Assembly: GCF_006345805.1 (NCBI RefSeq)
Contig: NC_043020.1
Span: 27,342,001 to 27,406,000, forward strand
DNA from: Octopus sinensis
Taxonomy: Eukaryota
Length of the DNA stretch: 64,000 bases
Reading direction: 5' to 3'
The notes beneath the pieces were generated by a model. That model had not been told where the DNA came from. It saw only the letters and a list, made by a program, of their open reading frames with translations, and ran no database searches. Of this stretch, positions 27,258 through 39,154 are shown piece by piece. The first letter of the stretch is position 1. Every line of letters starts with the position of its first letter. Made by a program: the position numbers and the translations under genes.

Positions 27258-27846
27258 CCCATTTGTTATCATATTTCTGTTGAGATGCTCCAAGTTTCTT
27301 TCAATTACTTCAAATATAACAAAGAATTTAGTAAAATAACTTAGTATTATCATTCAGCTAGTGTTAGGAACATAAATTGTGATTAAGGTTTGGTGGAAGA
27401 TTTTAATTCAAAACTCATGAAAACAAGACATTTCTACTACAGGGTCAGAGACAGTTTCAGCCGGGTTGGTATCAAAAGGGTTAAGAATCGTTTCTCTATT
27501 ATATATTTTAACCCTTTTGTTACCATATTTCTGTTGAGATGCTCCGAGTTCCTTTCAATTACTTCAAATATAACAAAGAATTTAGTAAAATAACTTAGTA
27601 TTATCATTCAGCTAGTGTTAGGAACATAAATTGTGACTAAGGTTTGGTGGAAGATTTTAATTCAGAACTTAGGAAAACAAGACATTTGTACCACAAGAGC
27701 CAGAGACAGTTTCAGCCGGGTTGGTATCAAAAGGGTTAAGAATTGTTTCTCTATTATATATTTTAACCCTTTTGTTACCATATTTCTGTTGAGATGCTCT
27801 TTGTTTCTTTCAATTAATTTTAAATATAACAAAGAATTTAGTAAAA
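27258..27846 (+). mobile_element. Second tandem array of the TTAA MITE (2 full units, 1 partial)
   Basis: Same unit and same spacer gaat(t/c)gtttctctattatatatt. Confidence 0.85.
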
Positions 27847-28334
27847 TGACAGGAAGCTGTGCTTCCTAGGGCTAAATAGCAATAGTATTATTTCCTTTCA
27901 TGGCACTGTCACATTAAGTTGGCAACATACCACCACTTTATCATGTTACTACTGTATAAATCTCTCTGAGAGATTTAGGTATGTAGTTCTGTCTTTTACT
28001 GTTTTTACTTTTCCATTGTTTTTACTGTTTTGTTCTCACTGTCCTTTTCTTGTTACCACTTTTAACCCTCCCCAAAAAATCCCAAATTTTATTTAATTTG
28101 CTTTGCGGGAAGGACTGCTTCAACGAAGTCGCGTCTTATCCTTGCCTTCGGAAACGTGGAGTAGATGAAACAGAGACATCTGAGGAAGGGGAATATTCTT
28201 TATGTTGTATGTCTCGTTTCTCTGTTTGTCTTTTTTTGTTGTTCGAGAAAAGTTCGTTTTCTATGTTTTTGTTTTTATGTTTTCGTTTCTCATTGTGTTC
28301 AATGTTTTTTTTTTATGTCCTGTACCCATATATG

Positions 28335-28402
28335 CAAGTATATATACATATATATGTAGGTATATACATATATGTATATATATATGCATATAATTATATA
28401 TA

Positions 28403-28452
<50 letters not shown>

Positions 28453-28537
28453 GTATATGTATATATTTATGTATATGTATATATTTATGTATATATGTAT
28501 ATGTATATATTTATGTATATATGTATATGTATATATT

Positions 28538-28610
<73 letters not shown>
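28335..28610. repeat. (TA)n/(TATG)n microsatellite (one of many)
   Basis: Direct reading. Confidence 0.95.
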
Positions 28611-28611
<1 letters not shown>

Positions 28612-29107
28612 TGTTTCTTATGTTTTTAAAACATTTTCACTCTTTACATAGAGACTCCCAAAAAAGGTGAGAAAAATTCTTTCTTTCTTCCCAGATCCTT
28701 TCAGTTGTTTCTGCTTATACACCCCCCCCCCCCTTGCTCCTCAGCCTCTCATTCCCCGAAAGCTGGTGGATCGACAGTTGGGAGATGACACTTAACATTC
28801 GGCAACCCAGAGTATTCCTTACTCAGTGGAGTTCCTCGATTGGTTCCTCTTAGTGGTGGTCTCCCTCTTCTTGAGGCTTCAGTGTATTTCTTCATTCTTT
28901 CACTTGTTGGCAGCAGTCATTGGACTGCGGCCATTCTGGGGTTCTGTATGGTCACAAAAAGGCTTTGGCCGCTGATATTGATAAGCACCAGTAATTTTTT
29001 TTTTATACCTGGTGTTTCTCTCATTGACCTCTGTTAGTTACAAGACATAAATATAAAGCCACATTTATTCATGAACACACATACACACACACCAAGAACG
29101 TGCTGTG

Positions 29108-29375
29108 AGTAATTACACAGGGTAGGCAGTTGGTGACATTTATGTAGTAAAACACTCAAAAATATAAGCAAGACAGCAACATGACTGAGTTGAAGGTAGA
29201 TTTACTTCTGCCTTTATTACATGTAAAGAAAACAGTGTTGTAGGAGTGTACGCAGCATGTGTGCTACAGCAGTTCTTTGCGTAGCTTAAATACTGAGATT
29301 ATGCCCACCTAATCTACAAAAAAATAAAATATTTTGTATTTTATGCATAGTAATCAGAGTAACCTTCATAATTTT
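29108..29375 (+). repeat. Unclassified dispersed repeat; second copy at ~38141-38410
   Basis: Alignable ~270-bp segment (AGTAATTAC.CAGGGTAGGCAGTTGGTGA...ATGCATAGTAATCAGAGTAAC). Confidence 0.75.
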
Positions 29376-31269
29376 TCATTGAATTAGGTACATATTTTGC
29401 ATTAAAAGGAGAATGTTACTATCGATCTATTTCATTCAAGGTAGGCATGTCTCTGACATACACACACATGGTTGTGTGGTCAAAACGTTTGCTTTCTAAT
29501 CACATGGTTTCAGGTTCAGTCCCACTGTACAGTACCTTGGTTAAGTGTCTTCTAATATAGCCCTTTTCCCTTAAAATTGTTGGCCTTGCCCTTAAATCAG
29601 AAACATTTATTATTATTATTATTATTATTATTTTTATTATCATTATCAAGGTGGTGAGCTGGCAGAATCGTTAACATACTGGTCGAAATGCTTATTGGTA
29701 TTTTGTCTTGTTATGTTCTGAGTTCGAATTCCGCTGAGGTTGACTTTGCCCATTCATCCATTCAGGATTGATAATTAAGTACCAGCCAAGTACTGGGGTC
29801 AATGTGATCGATTGACCACCTCCCCACAAAAATCTATGCCTTGTGCCTATAGTAGAAAGGATTATTATTATTATTATTATTATTATTATCATTATTATTA
29901 TTATTATCAAAGCAGCAAGTGGTCAGAATTGTTAGTGTGCTGAGCGAAATGCTTGGAGGTATTTCGGCTGTTTAAATTCTGCCAAGATCAACTTTGCCTT
30001 TCATCCTTTTGGGGTTGATAAGTTAATTACCAGTTGCATACTGGGGTTGATGTAATTGACCTGCCCCCTCCCCTTTAATTAGTGGCCTCATGCCAAAATT
30101 TGAAACCATCATTAAAATTATTATTATTATGTTTAACAGTATTTTGCCCATAGCTACGTTCTGAGTTCAAATTCCACAGCGGTCGATTGTTGCCTTTCAT
30201 CCTTTCGGGGTCAATAAATTAAGTACCAGTTGAGTACTGGGGTCGCTGTAATTGACTTAATCCCTCCCCCAAATTTCAGGCCTTGTGCCTATTGTAGAAA
30301 GGATTAGCGATTAGCGGTATTTCATTTGCCGTTACGTTCTGAGTTCAAATTCTGCTGAAGTTGACCTTGCCTTTCACCCTTTCGGAGTCAATAACATAAG
30401 TACCAGTTACACACTAGGGTCGATGTAATTGACTTAATGCCCTTGTTTGTTCCCTCTATGTTTAGCCCCCTGTGGGCAATAAAGAAATAAATTATTATTA
30501 AAAGGAAATATAAAAGGAGAAAGGGGCTCTCTACCCCCTTTTGACCAGGCTCCCATGGCTTTTATGGGTTTTTCCATGAGTAACCTTTCGAAGTGCCTCC
30601 CCCTATTGGGAGTTTTAATTGTTACTTACACTTCGTTGTTATCCTGCTTTTGTACACGGACCTTTTTTCAAACGGACAAAACCCTTTGTAACTTTCGTCC
30701 TGTGTTTTGTCCCTTTATGTTTTAATTGATTTTTGTTAGCCCTTGTGGCCAATAAACGAATTAATTATTACTATTATTAATGAGCTGGTAAAATTGTTAG
30801 CACATTGCATAAAATGCTGAAGATCACAACACCCCATATATTTCTTTCCTCTTTACAAAATCTCATTTTCACACCCGGGTAAAATGAAACTATTATTGGT
30901 TTATATTTTGGGCTTATTTTGTCATATTGTTTCCACACACACACACACACACACATAATGGTATCATATGAAGGTATTATACCATTCAAGATATATTTCA
31001 ATGTTTTACTTTGTTCTTACAATATATTTCTCCTGTGGTATCATGTATGGATATTATGTATGACAATGGCATACGTTGGGTTATTTTCATGTTATATTTA
31101 TTGTTGGTGCGATATATATATATATATATATATATATTAGTATGGTATCATATATCAGTGTTATACTCTGGTAGTAATATCGTTACTTTGGTATCATATT
31201 TTATTCTGGTATTATACACGCTGGTGATGCATGCTGGGATATCTCAATATTGTGTTGTTACTGCTGCGA

Positions 31270-34200
31270 TCATCATCATCATCATCGTCGTTTAACATCC
31301 GTTCTCCATGCTAGCATGGGTTGGACGGTTCGACCGGGGTTCTGGGAAGCCAGAAGGCTGCACCAGGCTCCAGTCTAATTTGGCAATGTTTCTACAGCTG
31401 GATGCCCTTCCTAACGCCAACCACTCCGTGAGTGTAGTGGGTGCTTTTTACGTGCCACCTGCACAGGTGCCAGGCGGGGCTAGCAACGGCCACGGTCAGA
31501 TTGGTGTATTTTATGTGCCACGGGCACGGAAGCCAGTCGAGGCGGTGCTGGCATCGGCCACGAGTCGGATAGTGCTTTTTACGTACCACCAGACCAGGGA
31601 TCCTGGCTGGTTCAATTCGATTTCGATTTCGCTTGCCCCAACATGTCTTCACAAGCAAAGGGGGTTGGCAAGGGTGCCTGTCGTACGGTCGCATTGGAGT
31701 ATTTTACGTGCCACGGCCACGAGTCGGATAGTGCTTTTTACGTACCACCAGACCAGGGATCCTGGCTGGTTCAATTCGATTTCGATTTCGCTTGCCCCAA
31801 CATGTCTTCACAAGCAAAGGGGGTGGCATGGGTGCCTGTCGTACGGTTGCATTGGAGTATTTTACGTGCCACGGCCCCGAGTCGGATAGTGCTTTTTACG
31901 TACCACCAGGCCAGGGATCCTGGCTGGTTCAATTCGGTTTCGATTTCGCTTGCCCCAACATGTCTTTGCAAGCATGGGGGGTTGGGATGGGTGTCTGTCG
32001 TCGGATGAGGTTCTATATCGACTTCGCTTGCCTCAACCGGTCTTTGTGTCCAAGGGAGGAAAGGCATTCATAAGTGGGCTGGGCTCACTTGTCCTGCCTG
32101 GTCTTCTCACGTACAGAATATTTCCAAAGGTCTTGGTCTCTGGTCATTCCTCAGTGAGGCCTAAAGTTCGAAGGTCGTGCTTCACCACCTCGTCCCAGGT
32201 TTTCCTGGGTCTACCTCTTCCACGGGTTCCCTCAACTGCTAGGATTGGCACTTTCTCACACACCTATCTTCATCCATTCTCGCCACATGACCATACCAGC
32301 GCAATCGTCTCTCTTGCACACCACAACTGATGCTTCTTAGGTACAACATTTCTCTCAAGGTGCTAACGCTCTGTCGAGTATGTACACTGACATTACACAT
32401 CCATCGGAGCATACTGGCTTCATTCCTCACGAGCTTACGCATGTCCTCAGCAGTCACAGCCCATGTTTCGCTGCCATGTAGCATGGCTGTTCGTACACAC
32501 GCATCATACAGTCTGCCTTTTACTCTGAGCGAGAGGCCTTTAGTCACCAGCAGAGGTAAGAGCTCCCTAAACTTTGCCCAGGCTATTCTTATTCTAGCAG
32601 TTACACTTTCAGCGCACCCACCCCCACTACTGACTTGGTCACCTAGATAACGGAAGCTATCAACTACTTCTAGTTTTTCCCCCTGGAAAGTGACGGAAGT
32701 TGTTTTCTGCAGATTTTCGGAGGTTAATGCTCCGAGCATCTGCCACATACAAAAACTATCTTCCCAGTTAGCCTACCTTTGACATTGCTGCACCTCTTAT
32801 GTGTCCATAGCTTACACTGGGTACATCTTATAGAGTTTCTACCTACACCTTTTCTACAGATCGAGCAGGGCCATCTTCCTGAAGATATTTGTGGATTGTC
32901 TACCTTTCTACTTATTAGTACTTTGGTTTTAGCTAGGTTGACTCTAAGGCCCCTTGATTCTAAACCCTCCTTCCACACCTGGAACTTCTCCTCCAGTTCT
33001 GATAGTGACTCAGCAATAAGAGCAAGGTCGTCAGCGTAGAGGAGCTCCCAGGGACAGCCTGTCTTGAATTCCTCCGTAATGGCCTGGAGTACTATGATAA
33101 ATAGGAGGGGGCTGAGTACTGAACCCTGGTGGACCCCAACCTCTACTTTGAATTCTTCTGTGTACATGTTGCCAACCCTAACCTTACTTACGGCATCTCT
33201 GTACATGGCTTGCACAGTCCTCACCAGCCATTCATCTATCCCTAGTTTCCTCATTGACCACCAGATAAGGATCGGGGGACCCTATCAAAAGCTTTCTCCA
33301 TGTCAACGAAAGCCAGGTACAGGGGCTTATCTTTGGCTAGGTATTTCTCCTGCAGCTGCCTTACCAGGAATATAGCATCAGTGGTACTTTTTCCTGGCAT
33401 GAACCCAAACTGCATCTCATCTAAACTAACTCTCTCTCTGATTAGTTGGGCTATGACCCTCTCCGTAACCTTCATTACTTGATCCAACAGCTTGATACCT
33501 CTGTAATTATTTGTATCTAGGGCATCACCTTTACCTTTGTAGCAGTTGACTAGTATGCTGCTGCACCAGTCATTGGGTATGACTCCTTCGTGTATCACCT
33601 GGTTGACTATACGGGTGACTAGGTTATAGCCGACACTGCCAGATATTTTGAGCATCTCTGCAGTAATTCCTGATGGGCCTGGGGCTTTCCCTGTCTTCAT
33701 GCTTCTAATTGCCTTAGCTACCACGGAACTATCAACTCGGATAGCTGGTCCCTCTGTAGGGTCAACATTCGGCAGACTCTCTTTATCCCATTCATTTTCC
33801 TCATTCAGTAACCTTTCATAGTGGCGTCTCCAAGCTTCTCTCTTTGCATCCTCATTTAGCGCAAGTGAACCATCCTCCATGCGAACACATTTCTCTCCTA
33901 CCACATCACGATTCTCTCTCACACACTGTCTTGCAACACGAAATACCTCAAGTCTTTCATCCTCACGGCGCAGGACATTGGCAAATTTTCTCTTATCTGC
34001 TTCCCCTCTGGCTAGATAGACCTGTCTCCTAGCTTCCCTTCTGGCAGTCTGATACCCTTCCCTGCTACCACCGTTCTTCCAGGCCTTCCAAGCCTGTTTC
34101 TTTTGTCTAATAGCCCTGTCAACAATATTGTTCCACCACCACGTTATTTTGGGTCTTAAGGGGACTTTGCACCAGCCACAGATCTGGTCAGCGGCTTTCA

Positions 34201-34480
34201 GCAGGTTGTCCCTCAGAAACGTCCAGTTGTCTTCTACCCCATGTGTAGCTATACCCCCTTCCACTTCGTCAAAGGCTTCAAGTAACATATCTCTAAATCT
34301 CTGTCCATTCGCAGGGGCTTTAAGCTTCCAGACCCTTCTTCTCCATGTTGGTCGTCTTCTAGTCGCCCTCTTAGTCCTGATCCTAAAGTCACTAACTACC
34401 AGTCTATGTTGTGGGGTGCATTCTTCGCCTGGGAAGGTTTTGGCATTTTTAAGCAGCCATCTTTCCCTTTTTCTGGCAAG
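31270..34480 (-). mobile_element. RTE-clade LINE, 5'-truncated (endonuclease C-terminus, RT, ~0.8-kb 3'UTR, (GAT)n tail)
   Basis: Minus ORFs 34288-33251, 33254-32724 and 32748-32239 carry NNYRGIKLL, QFGFMPGKSTTDAIF, AFVDMEKAFDRV, GVHQGSVLSPLLF, LLYADD, SFRYLG and HGSETW. PGEECTPQHRLVV lies upstream. Stop at 32085. Broken only by 1-nt frameshifts. Confidence 0.95.
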
Positions 34481-35107
34481 GATGTAGTCGATTTGGCTAG
34501 TATGCCAGCCCGATCGGTAGGTGACCAGGTGGCTTGTTGGTTTCCTGAAGTTAGTGTTATATATAATATTTTTACAGTAGTATCGTATGAAGGTATACTG
34601 TTCACCATATGCTTCGATATTTTATGTTCTTACAATATATTTTTACCATGGTATCATGTCATCATCATCATCATCATCATCCTCATCATTGTCATTAAAT
34701 GTCCGTTGTCCATGATTTTTTATGCAAGAATTTATATAACATTAGAGGTGCGGGTGTGGTTGTCTGGTCATGTGGTAAGTGGTTTGCTTCCCACCTACAT
34801 GGTTCTGGGTTCACTTCTACTGCGTGGCACCTCGGGCAAATGTTTTTTATTATAGTCCTGGGCCAACCAAAGAGTGGATTTGGTTGACAGAAACTGACAG
34901 AAGCTTATTTTTAGTCGAAGAAATCAATCCCAGGATTTATTCTTTCGGTATCTTTTGCTGAACTGCTAAGTTACATGGATGTAAATACACCAACATCGGT
35001 TGTCAGGCGATGGTGGGGTACACACACACACAAATCATCATCATCATCATCATCATTGTTTAACGTCCGTTTTCCGTGCTAGCACGGGTTGGACGGAAAA
35101 AAATTCC

Positions 35108-35175
35108 TGGAGATGCCGGGGATTGAACCCGGGGCCTTTCACTTGCGAAGCAAACGCTCTACCACTGAGCTACAT
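35108..35175 (-). pseudogene. tRNA-Ala(CGC)-like sequence lacking the first four nucleotides
   Basis: ATGTAGCTCAGTGGTAGAGCGTTTGCTT-CGC-AAGTGAAAGGCCCCGGGTTCAATCCCCGGCATCTCCA, then GGAA and T7. D, anticodon and T arms fold. The 5' GGGG is replaced by (TA)n. Confidence 0.75.
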
Positions 35176-35719
35176 ATATATATATATATATAATATATAT
35201 ATATATTTACGACTGGCTTCTTTCAGTTTCTGTCTAACAAATCCACTCACAAGGCTTTAGTTGTCCTGAGGCCACAGTAGAAGACACCCAAGATTCCACG
35301 CAGTGGGACTGAACCCGGAACCCTGTGGTTGAGAAGCAAGCTTCTTACCACATAGCCACGGCATGCAAGCACGGAAAAGTGGATGCTATAACGATGATTT
35401 TAACGAGGAAGATGTAATTACTGCAACACGTGTTTTCAGTGTCTTTTTTGTTTTGTTCTGTTAGATTTTTAAGAGTCAGTTTACAATGACTTGTCATGGC
35501 AGTTTAATTGTAATGACCAACTTCTGTCCAAACACTTTATCCGTCATCTGTTGCTGGAAGCCTGTCTTTTGCAGCTGTTGCCCATGTTTTTGTTTATTGC
35601 AGACCTCCAAAGCTTCCTCATTGCTTGTGAAGTTTTTACTTCTTTTCACAGCAGCAGCAACTTTTCTCTTGTATCATAAATCTACACACACATGCACACA
35701 CGTGTTTTTAAGTGCATGT

Positions 35720-36110
35720 ACATGGAGGCAAAGTGGCCGAGTTCCTTTTGAGCATTTGGGCCTCACAGAGGCAGAGTGGCTGGGTTTTTTTCGAGCACTG
35801 GGCCCTATGGGGGCAAAGTGGCTGAGATTTATTGAGCGTTGGGCATTACAGAGGCAGAGTGGCTGAGTTCCTTTCAAGCACTGGGCCCCATGGGGGCAAA
35901 GTGGCTGAGATATTTTGAGCGTTGGGCCTCATGGAGGTAGAGTGGCTGAGATTTTTTGAGCATTGGGCATGACAGAGGCAAAGTGGCTGAGTTCCTATCA
36001 AGCACTGGGCCCCATGGGGGCAAAGTGGCTGAGATATTTTGAGCGTTGGGCCTCACGGAGGCAACGTGACTGAGTTCCTTTCAAGCATTGGACCTTATGG
36101 CGGCAATGAT
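35720..36110 (+). repeat. ~41-bp minisatellite (~9 degenerate copies) inside an RTE-like 3' end
   Basis: Unit approximately GGGCCTCATGGAGGCAGAGTGGCTGAGTTCCTTTCAAGCACT, continuous with the RTE 3'UTR and (GAT)n at ~36378-36392. Confidence 0.8.
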
Positions 36111-37633
36111 CGAGACCTTTGGCATTATGTTGTGCTTGAGAAGAAGACCCATCAAGCCGAGCAAAATCTCAATCGTGGCAGATACCGGTGTTACACAAAT
36201 GACACCCATGCTGGTGGCACGTAAAAGCGCCCAATACACTCTCAGAATGGTTGGAGTTAGGAAGGGCATTCAGCCATAGAAAACCATGCCAAATCAGACC
36301 AGAGTCTGGTGCAGCCTTCCAGCTTAGCAGCCCTGGTCAAGCCCTCCAACCCATGCCAGCATGGACAACAGATGCTAAATGATGATGATGATGTACAATG
36401 TCACATGTTGTTTCTAACATATAACGAGTTTGATTAAAAAGTTCATTTATATGTATGTATACATGCAAGTGTGGTTGTGTGGTTAAGGAGCTTGTTTCCT
36501 AACCATGTGGTCTTGAATTCAGTCTCACTGCGTGGCACCTTGTGTAAGTTTCTTCTGCTATAGCCCTAGGCTGACCAAAGCCTTGTGAATATATTTGACA
36601 AACAGAAACTGAAAGAAGCCCATTGAGGTGGCGAGTTGGCAGAAATGTTAGCATGCCGGGCGAAATGCTTAACGGTATTTCGTCTACTGCTACATTCTGA
36701 GTTCAAATTCCGCCGAGGTCGACTTTGCCTTTCATCCTTTCAGGGTCGATTAAATAAGTACCAGTTACGCACTGGAGTCGATGTAATCGACTTGATCCGT
36801 TTGTCTGTCCTTGTTTGTCCTCTCTGTGTTTAGCCCCTTGTGGGTAGTAAAGAAATAGGTAGTTCATCTGCTGCTACGTTCTGAGTTCAAATTCCGCCGA
36901 GGTCGACTTTGCCTTTCATCCTTTCGGGGTCAATTAAATAAGTACCAGTTACACACTGAGGTCGATATAATTGACGTAATCCGTTTGTCCTCTTTATTTG
37001 TAGCCCCTTGTGGGCAATAAAGAAATAAGAAACTGAAAGAAGCCCATTGTTTATGTGTGTGAGTTTGTATTTATCGTAGTCTAGACATCATGTGATAATT
37101 GAAAATGAACATAGTCCTTTTACATGTGGGGCTGTTTGATTGCAGTTTCCCATGAAAAACATGACTGGCCATGGCTGACCATGGGTAATGATTGGAAAAT
37201 ATTAACTTGCTTGGAAACCAGTGAGCGTTGGCAATAGGAAGGGCCTCAACAAATTCTGCCTGATCCATGCCAGCATGGACAAACGGACATCAGAACAATA
37301 ATGATGAGGGTGATTTAGCTAAGAACTGGCTCTCCATTGGTTATGATGATGAGTGTTCTTGTTGATCCGATTAACGGAACAGCCTGCTCGGGAAAATAAC
37401 ATGCAAGTGGCTGAGTATTCCACAGGCATGTGCATCCTTCATGTAGTTCGCAGGGAGATTCAGTATCCAGTGTATACTTTTTTTTTTAAAGGTAGCATGT
37501 AAATTAAGGGAAATTTGGTTGCTGTTTCTAGTATGTGTAGTGTCCACATAGAGGCTTGTTCATTGTCTTGTATTTTTTAGATCACATGACTATTGATTAA
37601 CCTTTCACCTTTTTTCTCTCTCTTTCTCTCTAG

Positions 37634-37665
37634 TGATAGGAGGGAAGAAAGTCAACGTAACAGAG
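37634..37665 (+). CDS. ERGIC3: ERGIC3 32-nt micro-exon
   Basis: Long pyrimidine tract tctctctag|TGATA...CAGAG|gtaag. (V)IGGKKVNVTE. Phase 1 in, phase 0 out, exactly bridging the flanking exons. Confidence 0.8.
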
Positions 37666-38603
37666 GTAAGACAACTTTTATTTTTCCTGTCTGTCTGTCT
37701 GTCTGATTGTTTCTCTGTGTATCTGATGAGGATGATGATGATGATCATGATCATCATCATCGTTTAACGTCCGTTTTCCATGCTAGCATGGGTTGGACAG
37801 TTCAACTGGGGTCTGGGAAGCCAGAAAGCTGCACCAGGCTCCAGTCTGACCTGGCAGTGTTTCTACAGCTGGATGCTCTTCCTAACGCCAACCACTCTGT
37901 GAGTGTAGTGGGTGCTTTTTACGTGCAACCGGCACAGGTGCCAGGGGAGTCTGGCAGCGGCCACGATCAGTTGGTGCTTTTTATGTGCCACTGGCATGGA
38001 AGCCAGTCAAGGCGGTGCTGGCATTGGCCACGTTTGGATGATGCTTTTTATGTGCTGCCAGCACAGGGATCACAACTACAATTTTCATTTGATATTTATT
38101 TTGATATATATATATATATATATATCAGGCACATGGTGTCAGTAATTACTCAGGGTAGGCAGTTGGTGATACAAAAATATAAGTGAAACAGGCGTGCGAC
38201 TGAGTTGAAGGCAGATTTACTTCTGCCTTTATAGCATGTAAAGAAAACAGTGTTGTGGGAGTGCACGCAGCATGTGTGCTACAGCAGTGCTATGCGTAGC
38301 TTTAATACTGGGATTGAAAAGCAGGGGCAAATTATGCCTACCTAATCTACAAAAAAATTAAATATTTTTGCATTTTATGCATAGTAATCAGAGTAACTTT
38401 CATAATTTTGTCATATCGATCTATTTAATTCAAAACTTATGAAAACAAGACATTTGTACTACAGAGCCAGAGGCAGTTTCGGCTAGGTTGGTAACGAAAG
38501 GGTTAAAGACCACTACCAAAAAAAAAATAAAATAAAAAAATAAAAGGCAAAAACAAAGAAGCAAAAATTAATAAATAGCCTTTTTTTTCTTTTTTTCTGA
38601 AAG

Positions 38604-38674
38604 AACCCGGAAAAAGCTCTGTTAGATCCAAACCGCTGTGAAAGTTGCTACGGTGCTGAAACGGTATCTGACAG
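38604..38674 (+). CDS. ERGIC3: ERGIC3 coding exon (71 nt)
   Basis: ttttctgaaag|AACCC...GACAG|gtgagt. NPEKALLDPNRCESCYGAETVSD contains the conserved DPxRCESCYGAE motif. Confidence 0.93.
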
Positions 38675-39154
38675 GTGAGTTATCCTTTTTCTAATTACAT
38701 TCTCTCTCTCTCTCTTCTGATACCTTTCTCACAGACACTGTCTGTGTTTAGTGTGTTGTTGTTGTTGTTGTTGTCGCTGGATTCCCTTGTTGCTTTGACA
38801 AATGGGGGTTCAACAAGACCCAGCTGCAAAGAAAACGGTATTGTGGTTTGCTGAGCAACCTGCATGGATGAAATGTGGTTTGTTCAGAGCTAGCCCCATT
38901 CCCTCGTCCTTCAAACTTGTGTTGGTCTGGGGCATCGAATGCCACAAGCCCAGCAGTTATCAGGGGGCAGGATTTGTATGGAGCTACGTTCTCTTAGATG
39001 AGCACCTGAAGTGCTGAAGGGGCCTCGTCTACATTGAGTTGTCCATTGAGATATGTGTGAGAGACAAAAGAAGCACATGCTTAGGGCATCAAGGGAAGGG
39101 GATGGGCACAGCAGAAATGGTATATGGTTTACAGCACAAAAGAAATCACTTTAA

